From the NCBI RefSeq assembly GCF_037042905.1, contig NC_087245.1:38194001-38254000 (forward strand): a stretch of DNA of 60,000 bases, read 5' to 3'. The DNA is from Lytechinus pictus (Eukaryota). The position numbers were made by a program, and so were the translations under genes. The first letter of the stretch is position 1, and every line of letters starts with the position of its first letter. Under the pieces are notes generated by a model. The model saw only the letters and a program-made list of their open reading frames with translations, was not told the origin of the DNA and did no database searches. Positions 35,381 to 49,300 of the stretch are shown here, one piece after another.

Positions 35381-35537
35381 TGTACAAACTATTCTGTGAT
35401 TTTACCTCCGTGGTCTCATTATTTGACCAGGAAAAGGAGGCAGATCACCCATTAAAGAGGTGGGGCTGGTTTTTCATCAACATTTTCCCCCGATCAGCTT
35501 CTAGAAGAGCTGAAATATGTTTTGGATGATATACGCT

Positions 35538-36906
35538 CAGTGGCATAGCTACGGGGAGGCCTGGGGGGCACGTGCCCCCCCTGAGATTTGGTGTGCCCCC
35601 CCCCCCCCCCCAGGTGCCCCCCAGTGAAAAAAATTGGCAGAGCAAAAAAAAAAGGGAGAAAGAAGAAAGAAAAAAGGAAAAGAAGAAGAAAGACAGAAGA
35701 GAAAAAAAAGAAGAGGAAAATAAGAGGAGGAAGACGAGTGAATGAAATAATGTGAAGGGAAGACTTGCAAAAAAAAACAAATCTTTCATGTTACTATATA
35801 AAACTTTTGCTTGCGCTTCGCGCCAGTATTGCCTGTTCGATGATATTCATATCTTGCTCAACAGGCTGATATGGAGCAAGTTTTGAAGTCAATATACAAA
35901 ATATATTTTAGCTCGGACATCGAGCTTTCATCAATTTTTTTTTCATTAACAAATTTAAGTGCTCTAGCTGTAAAATGTCCCTTTTATAGTCTACATATCA
36001 GCATGCACGCTGCGTGGTCAAATTGTTTGATTTGCCAAGTTCCTGTTGTCTACGTGTATTCCATAATGTTCCATTAAACAAATGTATTCAGATCCTGCCC
36101 AGATTATAGGTCTAAATCTAAAACATGCGCGATAGCCTGCATGTTCTTTATATTAAATGTACTTAAATTATCCAGTTTCACATCAGAATATCAATAATTG
36201 TCTGCTCACGCTTCACGATCGCATTATTAATGATACCCAATTAACTATATCCTATTTATGATTTACAAAATATGAATAGAGTGTCCCGCTTTGAGGTCTA
36301 AAATCTCAATTTTCTTCCTCTCGCTCGCATCAATTGTTTAGTTACATACCTATCCCAATTTTCTACAAAAGTGCTTAGAATGACAATTTTTTAGGTCGGA
36401 ATGTCAAAAAAATTTGCTCGCGCTTCGCGCTCTCATTATTGAAATATATACCGTCTTCGTGGGTAAATGTAAGCAGTCTTTAACAGGTCCCTTTTCGATA
36501 ATGCTAGAACAGTTAATAAAATTTTCTGCTCGCGCTTGGCGTTCGCAGTAACCATCTAGTTACATACGAATCTTGTTCAGGATCATACATAACATTGCCC
36601 AGAATATTAAATTTTCTGAACAAAATACATGAAAGTAACAACAACAAAAATCGCTCGCGCTTCGCGCTCGCAATTTTTATAAGGCTTATGAGATTTTTTC
36701 ATGTTTATGTTGTTTTATAAGAATAAAACCAAGAAGTGACAGATCGGGGGAAATATAGGTGAAAATAATTTCGGGCCCCGTCCCCGATTGGCGAAAGTCG
36801 GATCCGCCCTTGTGACACATACACACAACGGAAAAATTGGTGCCCCCCTGAAAAAGCAAGGACCCCCCAGTGCCCCCCAGAAAAAAAAATCCTAGCTACG
36901 CCACTG
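35538..36906. mobile_element. hAT-like non-autonomous element with internal GCTCGCGCTTCGCGCTCGC repeats
   Basis: TIR CAGTGGC.TAGCTA...TAGCTACGCCACTG; 8-bp TSD TATACGCT/TATACGCG; related partial copies to about 38400. Confidence 0.8.
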
Positions 36907-38960
36907 TATACGCGTAGGCCTAGTTGGCAAGATCGACGGGCGCATGGACAATATTGGGCAAAAAAAGAAAGAAATTAAGAAAGAAAGAAAGGTGAAACGA
37001 AAGAAGATAAAAAGGTGACGATTCGCGAATACTAAAATGTTTAGAAACTAATTTGCAGCTCGCGCTTCGCGCGCTCGCATTAATGGTCAATTTTCAATTT
37101 TAATTCACATAGGCCTACTCAAAAATAACAAAAGTGCTGTCCTTTTTTATGTCTAAATCGCCTCCAAAATTTCAGCTCGCACTTTGCGCTCGTATACTTA
37201 ATTATTAAAAAAAACACGAACCTAAACGGGACGGGCATGCTTAAAAATGTTTAGTTTGCAGAAAAGAATATTAAAATTGTCCAACTCGTGCTTCACGCTC
37301 GCAAAATCTATTTAGGATACCCATCATTTTCATGCAGTTCAGTGGCGTAACTACGGGGGGGGGGGGGCATTGGGACACGTGCCCCCCCCCCCCCCCATCG
37401 GATGGCAAAAAAAAAAAACGGGGAAAAGGAGGAAAAGGGGGAGAAAGGAAAAGAAACGTAGTGGGGAAGAAGAAATTATTGTTGATTATAATTATAATTA
37501 TGTGAAATATAATTTGCTCAAGGCCTATATTGTTCCTAGTGCTAGCATTGTCTGTTTAATGAGATATATAATCCTGTTGTACTAAGACCTCCCGTTATAT
37601 ACACCAAATATATTTCCTCGCATTTTTCGAGTATATTGTTTTAAGTAGTGACACAATTATGCTTCTTTTTCATGACTACTTAAAGTGCCCCATTTTAAGG
37701 TCTTTATATAAAACATTTCCTGTCTGTGCTTACGTTCACGTGAGTGGATTGGTGATATATATATCTGCTCTTCATGAATTCCTAAAATCAGTCCTTAAAA
37801 TGTCCCTTAATCTGAATATCAAAAATTTTCATCTCGCGCTTCGCGTTCGCTTCATTTGATTAGTGAAATACGTATATGGTCTTAGTGAATTCCTACAAAC
37901 AAGCCTTAGAATGCCCCTCTTCAGGTCTGAATTTCCTAAATTTTCAGCTCGCGCGATTAGTGAGATGCGTATGTTAATCATGATTACAATGACTGAGTGT
38001 TTCATGTGTTTAGATGCAATTCTAACAAAATCAGCAATGGCTTGGCACTCACATTAGATGACTATGGTGAGATATGTATACTCTTAATGGATTCCTAAAA
38101 TATAGTCCTTAAAATGTCCCTATATTTGGGGTCAATATAAACAAAAATTTCAGCTCGCGCTTCACGCTCGCATTGTTTGTTTAGCGAGACAGTTATACGT
38201 ATCATGATTACAAATATTTGCTTATAATGTCCCATTTTAGGTCTAAATATAAAAAAATTTCAGCTCTCGTTTTTAGCGCTCGCATTATTTGATCAGTGAC
38301 ATACATATCCGTTTAATTTTCCAAGTCAATATACAAAAAAGTTTCAGCTTGAGCTTCGCGCTCGAAATTTTGTGTAATGAGATTTTTTTACGATTACAAA
38401 ATGTGATTACAATGTAAGAGAGCGCGCGCAATATAGAACGGAAAGGGGGAAATGCAGGAACGGGAAAATGAGAGAAAGAGAAAGCATAAGAAGGCCAAAG
38501 GGGGGGGGGGGGGGAAGAGATCGAGATACAGATAAGACAAAAAGATTTGGCACGGATAGCGTATATTATTTATATTGTGATCTGAAAATAAAATTTGCAC
38601 TCCCGCTTTCCGTGCAAATCTTTGTCTTATATTTATCTCTCTCTCTCTCTCGATTATCCCCCCTTCTTTGTTTCTCTTTCTCCCATTTCCCCGTCCCTAC
38701 CTTTCCTCTCTCCATTAGTATTTTGCGCACTCCCTCTTCCCTTCGTTTCTTTCATCTCTCCATTCCCCCCACGGCTTCCTTTTTTTCCTCTCTCACTCTT
38801 CTTCGTTTTCTTTTCTTTCCCCTCGCCATTCATTTAGTTTCTTCTTCTTTTATCTCTCTCTCTCTTTTCTCGCTCCTTTTTTATTTCCCCTCACCCTTTC
38901 TGCTCTTTTCATTTTCTTTGGCTCACCTCTTCTTTATTTTCCCTCAATCCCTTTCCCTCT

Positions 38961-39325
38961 GGTAAATCACCAATTCGTTTACTGCCAACTTGTCCACTCA
39001 CCAAATAGTCTACTTTCATTTAGTCTTATGCAATTCCGTCCATCAACATTTCGTCCAACAACCATGGTCCAATCATCACTTCGTCTATGACCATTAAGTC
39101 TCATTGGTCTATTAAATATCCATTTTATTGTCGTTCATTTTGCACAAGTCTTAGTCAAATTGGACCAAATGGTATATGGACTAAATGGCTATTGGACCAA
39201 CTGGTTATTAGACGAAATGGTGATTGAACGAAATGGCAATTAGACAATGAGGATAGTGGAGGTACTGATGGTAGACCAAATGATAGTAGATGAGTTGGCT
39301 TTTTAGACGAATTGGAAATAAACCT
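38961..39325. mobile_element. Foldback-like element built of short GTCTA/TAGAC units; related copy at about 24205-24543
   Basis: Left-half units are inverted relative to right-half units. Confidence 0.6.
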
Positions 39326-39766
39326 TCCCTCTCCCCCTCCCTTCTCTCCTGTTCCCCTTTTCCGGCCTCCTCTTTTTCTCTGTCCTCCTTCCTCCCCCCC
39401 CCCCCGGGCAGGGCGGGAGGGTGGGGGTGCATGGGTCCAGGGGCTTGCACATCCCCTATGTAAATCTTAAGACTTCAAACACTAACAATCTGACTTCTTT
39501 CTGATCTGTATCAAATTTATTAACATGATATAAGGCATTTGCATTAACGACAATGAAACTTCAACCAAGTTTATTTTTTGAAAAATAAATTTGTATGGTA
39601 ATCACATTATGGCAAGGAAAAACAATAATGATGCCTATCTCTTTATTTGATATATCACCCTCTTCTAAACACCTTAACCATGATATTTTACTTTTACCCA
39701 AGGGTCATCAATCGTCAGTAAAATCCCTGGTAAGATTGGCGGGTGTACCATTCTCAATAATTACTA

Positions 39767-39994
39767 CACCGCAAAACTCCTGTGTTGATTTAACACCAGC
39801 CCAGATCTATATATGTCCACACCAGATAAGTATTGAAACAACACCATTTTGGAATCAAATTGATGCTGTTTTACTATTAACACCTATCTGGTGTTAGACT
39901 AATTTACCAAAACCGGTGTTGTTTAACACTTCTCTGGTGTGGACATATATAGATTCCGGGCTGGTGTTAAATCAACACCGGAGTTTTTGCAGTG
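39767..39994. mobile_element. MITE with CAC-G termini and TA flanks; second copy at 40998-41234
   Basis: Long TIRs CACYGCAAAAACTCCGGTGTTGATTTAACACCAGCCC. Confidence 0.8.
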
Positions 39995-42983
39995 TACTAA
40001 TAATAATGATTATAATAATAATTCACTTTTATACATTATAGTGGTTAATACATAGGAACCATGTCTCTAAGAGTTTTACAAGACATCATTAACCCCAGCC
40101 ATCGGATCCTGACATGCCCGTACACAATATCTACACTTTCTCCACTCCCTTGGGAGCATTGATCATTTTTCTATGTATACAGATCATTGAAAGCTTAGAC
40201 ATTACTTGTACAATAGACCAGCAATTCCATTCTGCATAATTATGATCAGAAGAAGGTCATTTGAACTCAAATGGTATGGTGGTTTGATATTCAATGAGAT
40301 CAGCACCAACTTTGACGTCTTGATTATTCATATAATCTTGTAAATTGTGCTTTTCATTTGATCCAATTTAGGTAGAGCAAAAATGCGTCCATCTAGCAAC
40401 TATTTAATAATTAATTATATTGTCACATCCCTGATTCAAAGTAAAACCTACTTTTTTGTTAAATAGCCTTTCCCTTTGCATGCAAAGCCCAACTGTCTAC
40501 AGTCTACAGTGAATTAAACAATTACTTTAGTTTTTTTTTGCTGAAATTCCTTCTCTTTCTGTCTTTACTGCGTGCTTAGAAACATGTTTTGTGATAAGGG
40601 CTATACAGATAATGTTGATTATCATTATTAGAAAAAGCAACAAATACACTCACAGAGTTCATAGTCATGCTATTCTAGTACACTGGTCTATGTAATTTTT
40701 ACTTCTGATATGTCAGGCATTCTTACACAATATTTTTCTTTGAAATTTTAACATAGATGAAAGAAGAGACGGTTAATTCTGATGAAAGACGTAACATGAA
40801 GGTGAATGAAAAAGAAGGGAAAGGGTGGGGCGGGGCAGCCTAGAACATCTAGGCGGAGACTGCAAGTCTGATACTGTTGCACATAAAATAGGCAATATGT
40901 CTGATGCAGCGAGACTACACCCACTGACTAGTCTTGCCACATCAGACACATTCCTTACATTTAGATTATTTGTAAAAATAGATTATATATATATATACAC
41001 TGCAAAAACTCTGGTGATGATTTAACACCAGCCCGGAATCTATGTCCACACCAGAGAAGTGTTAAACAACAACAGTTTCGTTTTGAATAAACACCAGATA
41101 GATGTTTATACAACACCAATTAGTATTAAAACAGCGTCTGATTAATTCCAAACTGGTGTTGTTTCAATACTTCTCCGGTGTGGACATATATAGATTCCGG
41201 GCTGGTGTTAAATCAACACCGGAGTTTTTGCAGCATAGGCTTGGGGTGGAGAGGAGATGTTCAGGGAAGATGAAGGGAAGAGAGGAAGGACTATACAGAT
41301 ATCTTAACAAGAATATATGAATTCTTTAAACGATAGAGAAGGAATGGATACGAAACTTAATACAGTAGGGATGCCAACCTAGTAAAACAACTGCAGTATT
41401 TTGAGGGATGAAAGAAGTTTTTTTGATAGAAAAACAGTGTTTTTAAGCAACAGCCATTGCATTGTAATACAATTTGGAGGAAAATGTTATTATATTAAAC
41501 CCAGCTGCAGTATATTCATTAAAAAGAGTGTGAATAAGAATAATTGGCCTCTCTGAGATTGAGAGACATAGGCCTATAGAGAGACAGAGAGAAGTCAGGA
41601 AATAAGTATGGTTAAATAATTTCTTTTAATAATCGATAAGTCACATGATGAAGCATTACATGAAGGTTATCACTTCCTTTTAAACAAAATCACAACTTGA
41701 AATTGAGAAGTTTTAACTTTCATGACAAACTTACACATGTAAATATGCAGCACTATTAAAATATATATATATAATTATTGTAAATATAGCTATAGTACTT
41801 TTTGTAGCAAGTTCAAAGAAATCATGACATCATTAATTAGGCCACTAAATGGCAGTCATAATGTACTGTTCATTATGACACCTTTTCTTGGATGTAGATG
41901 AAAGAACACATGGAATAGGGATTAAAATCATTGTATTATTACATTTCATATGTGACCATTGTGAATGACACAAACACACAAATAATCATTTCTCAGAGAT
42001 CCATGTGTATTAGTCTTACTCACCAATACAACATCTTTTGACAGGTGCAAATCTAAAAACTAATATAGCATCTATCTTGGCTAAACCATTCATAATCTGC
42101 ATTTGGAGCACATGAAATCAATGTTTCTCCTGACGTTTCATATCGATACTCATAAGGGGGGGGGGGGTGATTATTAATGGTTTTTATTTTTCAGGCTTGA
42201 CAAATATTCCCATTGTGTCGTTATGTAACATGAGGTTGTAATACCAACTTATAAATCAAACCACCTATGTAAGTGGCTTGAAAAAAAAAAATTCCAAACT
42301 TTGTTTGTTTCTAGTACTGTATCGTTTATGGGTGAGCTGTGCCTCTATAAAAAAAAAATCATTTGATACTGAGAGAGTCTTCCTGTACAAATGAAAATAA
42401 CTAATTAAAACTACAAATGATGCTCTATGAAATGCAGATTTAAAAATACCCTAGAATAAATGACATTATTTTCCCCTGTGAAATAGTTTAAAACACACTT
42501 TAATCAATTCAGATTCACAATAAGTGAAAACCATAATTATGTAGATCTACATATACATAATAAAAATATATTCCATGGATTTATCAAACTTATTTCTATA
42601 TTTAAAGTCATTATTATATATTTACAATCTACATTTCGATTATATCCTCATTCCTGAGCTATTTCAAATTACATCTGATATGGAATGATACAGTAAAAAA
42701 TAAAATCACTGTTGATAAAAGCAATTGTCAAACTATCACTTTCGATGCAAGATGGAAGCCAAAGACAGAGAGCATGTACATCTAGCTCGCAGAGGATGTG
42801 AGAGTGTCTCGCCAACGGAAATCAAGATGTAATTAACTGCTTTATATTCCAAAAGTGAAAACATTTTAATATACTTTTGTTTGGTCACATGATTTCTCTA
42901 CAAGAAAAACTTTAGGAGTTAAATCAATCATGGTTTCCTTTTTAAAAGTTTTCTAGAAGTTGTTTTTAACACCTCAATGTTAA

Positions 42984-43213
42984 AGGACAAGTTCACCCCA
43001 ACAAAAAATTGATTTGAATAAAAAGAGAAAAATCCAACAAGCATAACACTGAAAATTTTATAAAAATCGGATGTAAAATAAGAAAATAAAAAACTCTAAA
43101 ATGCCATAACTTTCTTATTTTACATCCGATTTTGATGAATTTTTCAGTGTTTAATACTAGTTTCATTTTTCTCTATTTATTCAAATCAACATTTGCAGGG
43201 GTGGACTTGACCT
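42984..43213. mobile_element. Kolobok-like palindromic MITE in the 3' UTR of SDR last exon B
   Basis: TTAA|AGG...CCT|TTAA with long inverted arms; a related longer element is at about 29941-30540. Confidence 0.75.
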
Positions 43214-43299
43214 TTAACATTACAATCAATTTCATTCTAGTGATTTGGATCGGATAGTTATGATTCATACAGAAGGTGAAAAAATAAGAGGAATTGGAA

Positions 43300-43393
43300 T
43301 CAATCTGTCTTGATACGTCCAGTAAATGTGTTCATCATGTCTTGGATGCCGTTGAAATCATAGGCAGTTTGAACTGCTAAGGGATGCCACAGG
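43300..43393 (-). CDS. SDR16C-like last exon B ([30 protein letters not shown])
   Basis: Long polypyrimidine tract plus TAG acceptor in phase 2; same 94-nt length as exon A; TGA stop. Confidence 0.85.
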
Positions 43394-46300
43394 CTAGAAA
43401 ATAAAAAGAAAAAAAGAAAGAAAACATATACGTGGTATTACTGAACAATTTGGTCTGTATTCTGAAGTCAGGTTTAATTTAATATCTTGTCTGAAATTGT
43501 GGTTTAACTATGGATAGCCAATTGTGACATGAATCTGTAGAAGTCATCAGCTCATTTTTTACTCTAAAATCATTATCAGCTTTTTGGGAATGATAAATAA
43601 GATAGTTAACTTCATCATTAAAGAATATGGAAAGATCACAGTAAACATAATTTTAGCACAGTTAGACCATGGTCTATTAGTTAAACCCAACTTCAGAATA
43701 TGGGCCTTTGTCTAAAGTTGTACAAGCCCCATCACCAGGCAGGGTGGGGGTATTTATGATGGGGTGGGGGAAGGGGGGGGGGTGCAAGGAGACCTCGGGG
43801 TGACATAAATTTTTTTTCTCAATTAAATAATAGGGGTATCACAGAGATACGAGACTCCCTCAGTCTCAGAGATTTTACTTCAATAAAACTACATGTATTT
43901 CAAAAAAATCTGAGTTTGGCTTATAATACACAAAGAGCATTTGAAAAAAAAATGATAGGAGAAAAATGAAATAGAGCATAAAAACAAATTTTACTATGGA
44001 TTAAATGTATTTTTCCAATTCTGTATCTACATGTAGTGCTTACTCAATGAGTTGTATTGAGGTGCATATCTGGGCCCCTTCTTACAAAGAGTTACGATTG
44101 ATCCGATCAAATATGGAAATCCATCCTTACCATAATTTTTTCGACAGAAAATTTGCACAATCTGCTTAGTAAACAAAGAGAATCACACTGAATCTTCAAG
44201 ACAACGATGAATGTATGAATATACATCATATCTAGAAAATATTTTTGACAAATTTGCATTTTAGATGTTGACGTTGCTGGCCGTCCATAGTTGTGATTGA
44301 TCGGATCAATCGCAACTCTTTTTAAGATGGGCCCCTGATGTGATGCAAAGAGTACACACAAGTAAAATATTTAATTTCAAATGATAAAATACTGCAACCA
44401 CTGAGATGAGGTTGTGACAAGACTTTGGGTGAAGCAAAGAAATTTACGAAAAGAGTTTGGACAATAGCAAGATCGGAATTCATTTTACATATTTTGACGG
44501 TTTATTTGGAGCTGCAAGAATACAATTTACGACCAAAAAATTATGCAGAATTCAAACCAAGTATGATACATATCAATTCATTCTATTGTGTTGAATGAAA
44601 AAAAAAGAGTCAATCAGTCGCATTTATTGATGATAAACATCTATATGTGGATGTCAGTCATTTTCACAACATTTTTCAACCGGTTGTTCACACAAATGAG
44701 GAACTTCACTTTGTTTTGTGGTAATAATACAGTACTACTGAGCAGTCATGTGAAAAAATGACAACCAACAAAAATATGTTGTCCATGGGTGAATTAGAGG
44801 TGAAAATGTTGCATGTCGTACGGGAAGCGGAGACGTCGTCCAATACGACACACTACATTTTCATCCGTAATCAGTTTTTTTTTCTTCACGACTACCCACT
44901 GGAACTTCATCATTGACAGAAAAGAGAATTTTATTGCCCAAGCATTCAGCTATGAGACTAGAAATTGTCAAAATGTCCCGAACGACACGTATGGAATCGC
45001 CCAATGGGGGTCTTGGGATCAGACGCATGAAATGACGGGCTTAGGAACGGGAGAGAACAGGTTAATCAATGACAATAGGGTGAAAATTATGTGCTTGGGA
45101 TTGGCTGGGAAGACGTAAAAAAAGGGGTCTTAAGGGCCGAACATACATATACCCATACTGAGACCCCAAAAGATATCCAAGGCTCAAACATCATTACCCG
45201 ATAAAAATGATCAGAAGAAAAATTCTGAGAATGAGAAATGACTGCCTGAGAAAATGTATGTGGAACCAAATTATAGAGCAAAATCTGGCAACCAAAATTT
45301 CATAGAACAAGGTTAAACAAAGCTATGGCAATTTTAAACAAGTGGAGCGCCTCTGGCAGTCTCACCTGCATCACGCGATTCAATATAGCAGCAGTGCTGA
45401 CTTTGAAAACTACTTTAAAATAATTATTCACAAAAAACACAAATCATATGATATAATGATACAATACGATGTTCATTGACAATAAACGACATTTGACCTT
45501 GATCATGCGACCTAAGACTTGCCAGTGATACTTCATTACCCCTTTATCCACATTTTATAAACTATATCTTAGTTTCATGAATCAGATCCATAAAATTTCA
45601 AAGTTATGATGGTAATTCAACAGATACCCCCAACTTGGCCAAAGTTCATTGACCCTAAATGACCTTTGACCTTGGTCATGTGACTTGAAACTCGCACAGG
45701 ATGTTCAGTGATACTTGATTAACCTTATGGCCAAGTTTCATGAACTAGGTCCATATACTTTCTAAGTTATCTTGTCATTCTAAAAACTTAACTTCGGTTA
45801 AGATTTGGTGGTGTTGACGCCGCCGCCGTCGGAAAAGCCACGCCTACATGTATAGTCTCACTCTGCTTTGCAGGTGAGACAAAAATGGATCTAACCCCTT
45901 TTGCAAATGAGCTCTTCAAATAGTGTGAGGTTAATAATGACAGTCTGAAATGAAAACAGGGGTTTTAGAACAGTCCTGGTTTAAGAAACTAAGTTTGCAG
46001 AAGTTAAAAAGTGGACCATTTTTATTCTACTAAATAGGTTCATTATTGCGGACTGAAATAATCGCTAGAGGGTATTCATTTGTCTCGCAATCTACTATGG
46101 TCAACAAGGAAATCCGTGATCACTCTCACAAAAAGTGTTCACTAGCTTTCTAGGAAATTCGTGATCACTCTCGCAAAAAGTGTTCACTAGCTTACAAGTA
46201 CACGAGCTTTCGAGTGCAGCTGCAACTCTTTATCAAGTGACGAAAATTATCTGATAACGTTGTCTATTTATACCAATCCCCAGGACCGTACGCACAAACA

Positions 46301-49300
46301 CGGGAACAATAGGTGGGCACTGGTCCGTTGTGTGATTGGTCGGTGATCCGTATATGCAAATAAGCCTGAGGTATATGCAAATATGCTGTGAGTCGGCAAT
46401 ATGCAAATTTTGCATTTTTATTTTGCTCACAATGAAATGATTTGTATGAAATTATTTGAAACTCTCTTGATATATAACCGATAGAGATACTGGAATAGCA
46501 CTTTGAAATATTGATTTAATTTGCAGGCATTTTTGTGCAATTTCCATCATTGTGATTAAAAAAAATTTACGATGGTAATTCAACAAATACTCCCAACATG
46601 GCCAAAGTACATTGACCCTAAATGACCTTTGACCATGTTCATGTGATCTGAAACTCGGACAGTGTGTTCAGTAATACCTGATTACCTGTATGTCCAAGAT
46701 TTCTAAACTAGGTCCCTATACCGGTACTTTCAAAGTTATTATGTAAATCAAAAACTTAACCATTATTTAAGATTACAATTTTGACGCCGCCACCATCGGA
46801 AAAGCGAGACAAAAATGACCTCTGTGCCCTTTGACCTTGCATATTCAAATGACTCCAAATCAGATAACCCTCTGGCAACCATTATGATTTTTTCAATAGA
46901 TTTCTTTCCATGACGAAATGAATGACATTTTAATGGAATAGTACTTTGAACTAGACCTCTAATTTCATTTTCGTGCAATTTTCATGAAAGCAAAAAAAAA
47001 TGAATTCAGGGTGCAATGATCATGACTTTTTCATAAAATTAGAAATGGCACCTGTGACAAAAGTTTAATCTTGCTTTTGTCTTCCTGTATAAGTTTCCAT
47101 CATCTGCTGGCTTCCATTAAGATCACAAAAAGCCATCACTGCTTTAGGATGCCACAAACTGTATCAAGAATAGGATGTGTAAAAGCTGAAGATCATGTTT
47201 TCTCTATCATCTATTACAGGTACTATCTGTGAGCAACGCTTTTTTTGACAAACTGATTGCAAAAAAAAAGGGTAGAGAAAAGGGGTGGTATTCCGAGACC
47301 CTCATTATCTCAGAGAAAATTAAAAAAAATCATCTCCTGTAAAATTGGTGAGATGAATTATGCTAAACGTACCCTTAAAATTGGTATTCTGAGAACCTAC
47401 AAACATCCCTTATCCAGAATAAAGAATTTCTCATCTCATTTAAAAAAAATTTAATAAAGTAAACTCATGATTGGTAAAAAGTTTCTCTTTGGCCAAATTC
47501 AAGTTGTGTGTGAAAGGGCATGGGAGGTGTCCCTGGGAGGTGAACTGAGATCACTTGTGTCCGAAAATGAGCCTTGGTTAATAGTGGATCAAACTTGGGC
47601 AGTATAAGTGCATCCCCTGATTGTCAAATACAAATAATAATAATAATATATGATTTGTATAGCACACGTATCCACCTTGCTAGGTACTCAAGGCGATTCT
47701 ACAAGACTACATGTTAGTGAGTGTGCTACTTTGTTTTATAATGTATATTTGTAGGGTCCCGATTATCAAAGTTTTGCTTCTCAGGGGTCCAGACCATTAT
47801 GTGGCCTGTAATTTGTATATGCACGTATTTGAATTAAGACCTTTAAATTTTTTTTTTTTTTAATGTTGTTCTGTTAACATCTTGCTGTTTTCAATGGTCA
47901 CCTTGATGGATTCTTGACTACACAGTCAAAATGTATGCCTCATCTATTGCCAGATCTGAACTCTATATGGTACCTATATACCTGCGAACATTCATGCAAA
48001 ATCTGGACAACCAATGGCCGGGGGTCTAGGGGGCCGATTAGGCCCCAAGCGCGATCCAGGGCATGGCCTCATGCGAGGGGTCAAAAAGGCAGTTCCCCCT
48101 AAAAATTCCTTATTTTAGCAACTTTAACCCTAAAAGGACCGGTGGGTGTTTCATAAAGCTGTTCGTAAGTTAAGAGCGACTTTAAGAACGACTGGTGAAC
48201 CTTTCTTGTGGTAAATGGTATATTCATTGGCGACGGTTTAGCGCGTAATATACCATTTAAGGATCACCAGTCGTTCTTTAAGTCACTCTTAACTTACGAA
48301 CAGCTTTATGAAACACCCCCCTGGAGGCATGAATGGGTCTAGGGTGATTTTTCCCACAATTTTTTCCTGAAATTTCAGAAATCAGGATGTCTTGATTCTT
48401 GGCCATTTTGAAAGTTGAACATCAGTTGGAAGATCTGATTACCCTCATTTCAGAGTTTCAAAAACTAGATCCATAAACTTTCAAATTTATGACCTTTCAC
48501 AAAATATCCCCAACATGGTCAATGTTCATAGACTCTAAATAACCTTTGACCTTAATCATGTGGCCTAAAACTCATGCAAGACAATCAACAATCATTTGAT
48601 TACATGTCCAAGTTTTATGACCGAGGTCCAGATACTTTCTAGGTTAAAATGACATTTCAAAACTTGACCTTGGTTAAGAATTCAATGTTGATGCCATTGC
48701 CGTCACTGCCGTAGTCAGAAAAGCAGCAACTATAGTCTTGCTCTGCTATGCAGGAGAGACAAAAATGCTTGATTCTTCATGTTTCAAATTCATTGAAATG
48801 ATATTGCATGACATACGGGGAAATGCTAGCATACAACGTCACAAATCAATACCTTCGTACTTTCATAACACTTATTCTTAGATGGATTTTTATTCAACCT
48901 TTGCCAATATTTTTCTCTACCATTTTTCTGCACTATCAATAGAACAGACTTATTTTCAAGGTGAACTTTCACTTTAGTAGGAATGCTGAGGAAGGGTAAA
49001 CTTACTTTTTGAGACCGGGAAAGAAGTAAAGACTCCTCGGCAAGATCAGAACACGTTGGTTTGTTCTGATCGCAAGCATAATCCTCTCCACAGCGTAGTC
49101 AGGTTCCAGTAGGTCTACCATGACGGCTCGTCTGAAAGGACCAACATAAATATATAAATCATCATTCAGTTCAGTTCAGTTTGGTTTATTTTCATTTCAA
49201 CTCAAGTCAATTCAATAGTAAAAGAAATCATTACAAAGATATAAATGTAGTACAGTGTGACAATATGACATGGATAACTAAATATTTACAATAGACACTA

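Noticed and set aside
38468..38965. 165-aa hydrophobic ORF
   Set aside because: Low-complexity purine then pyrimidine tracts, not coding.
46089..46193. Short direct repeats resembling a CRISPR array (also the 27-bp repeats at 16166-16227)
   Set aside because: Plain tandem duplications without unique spacers, in a eukaryotic locus with no cas genes.
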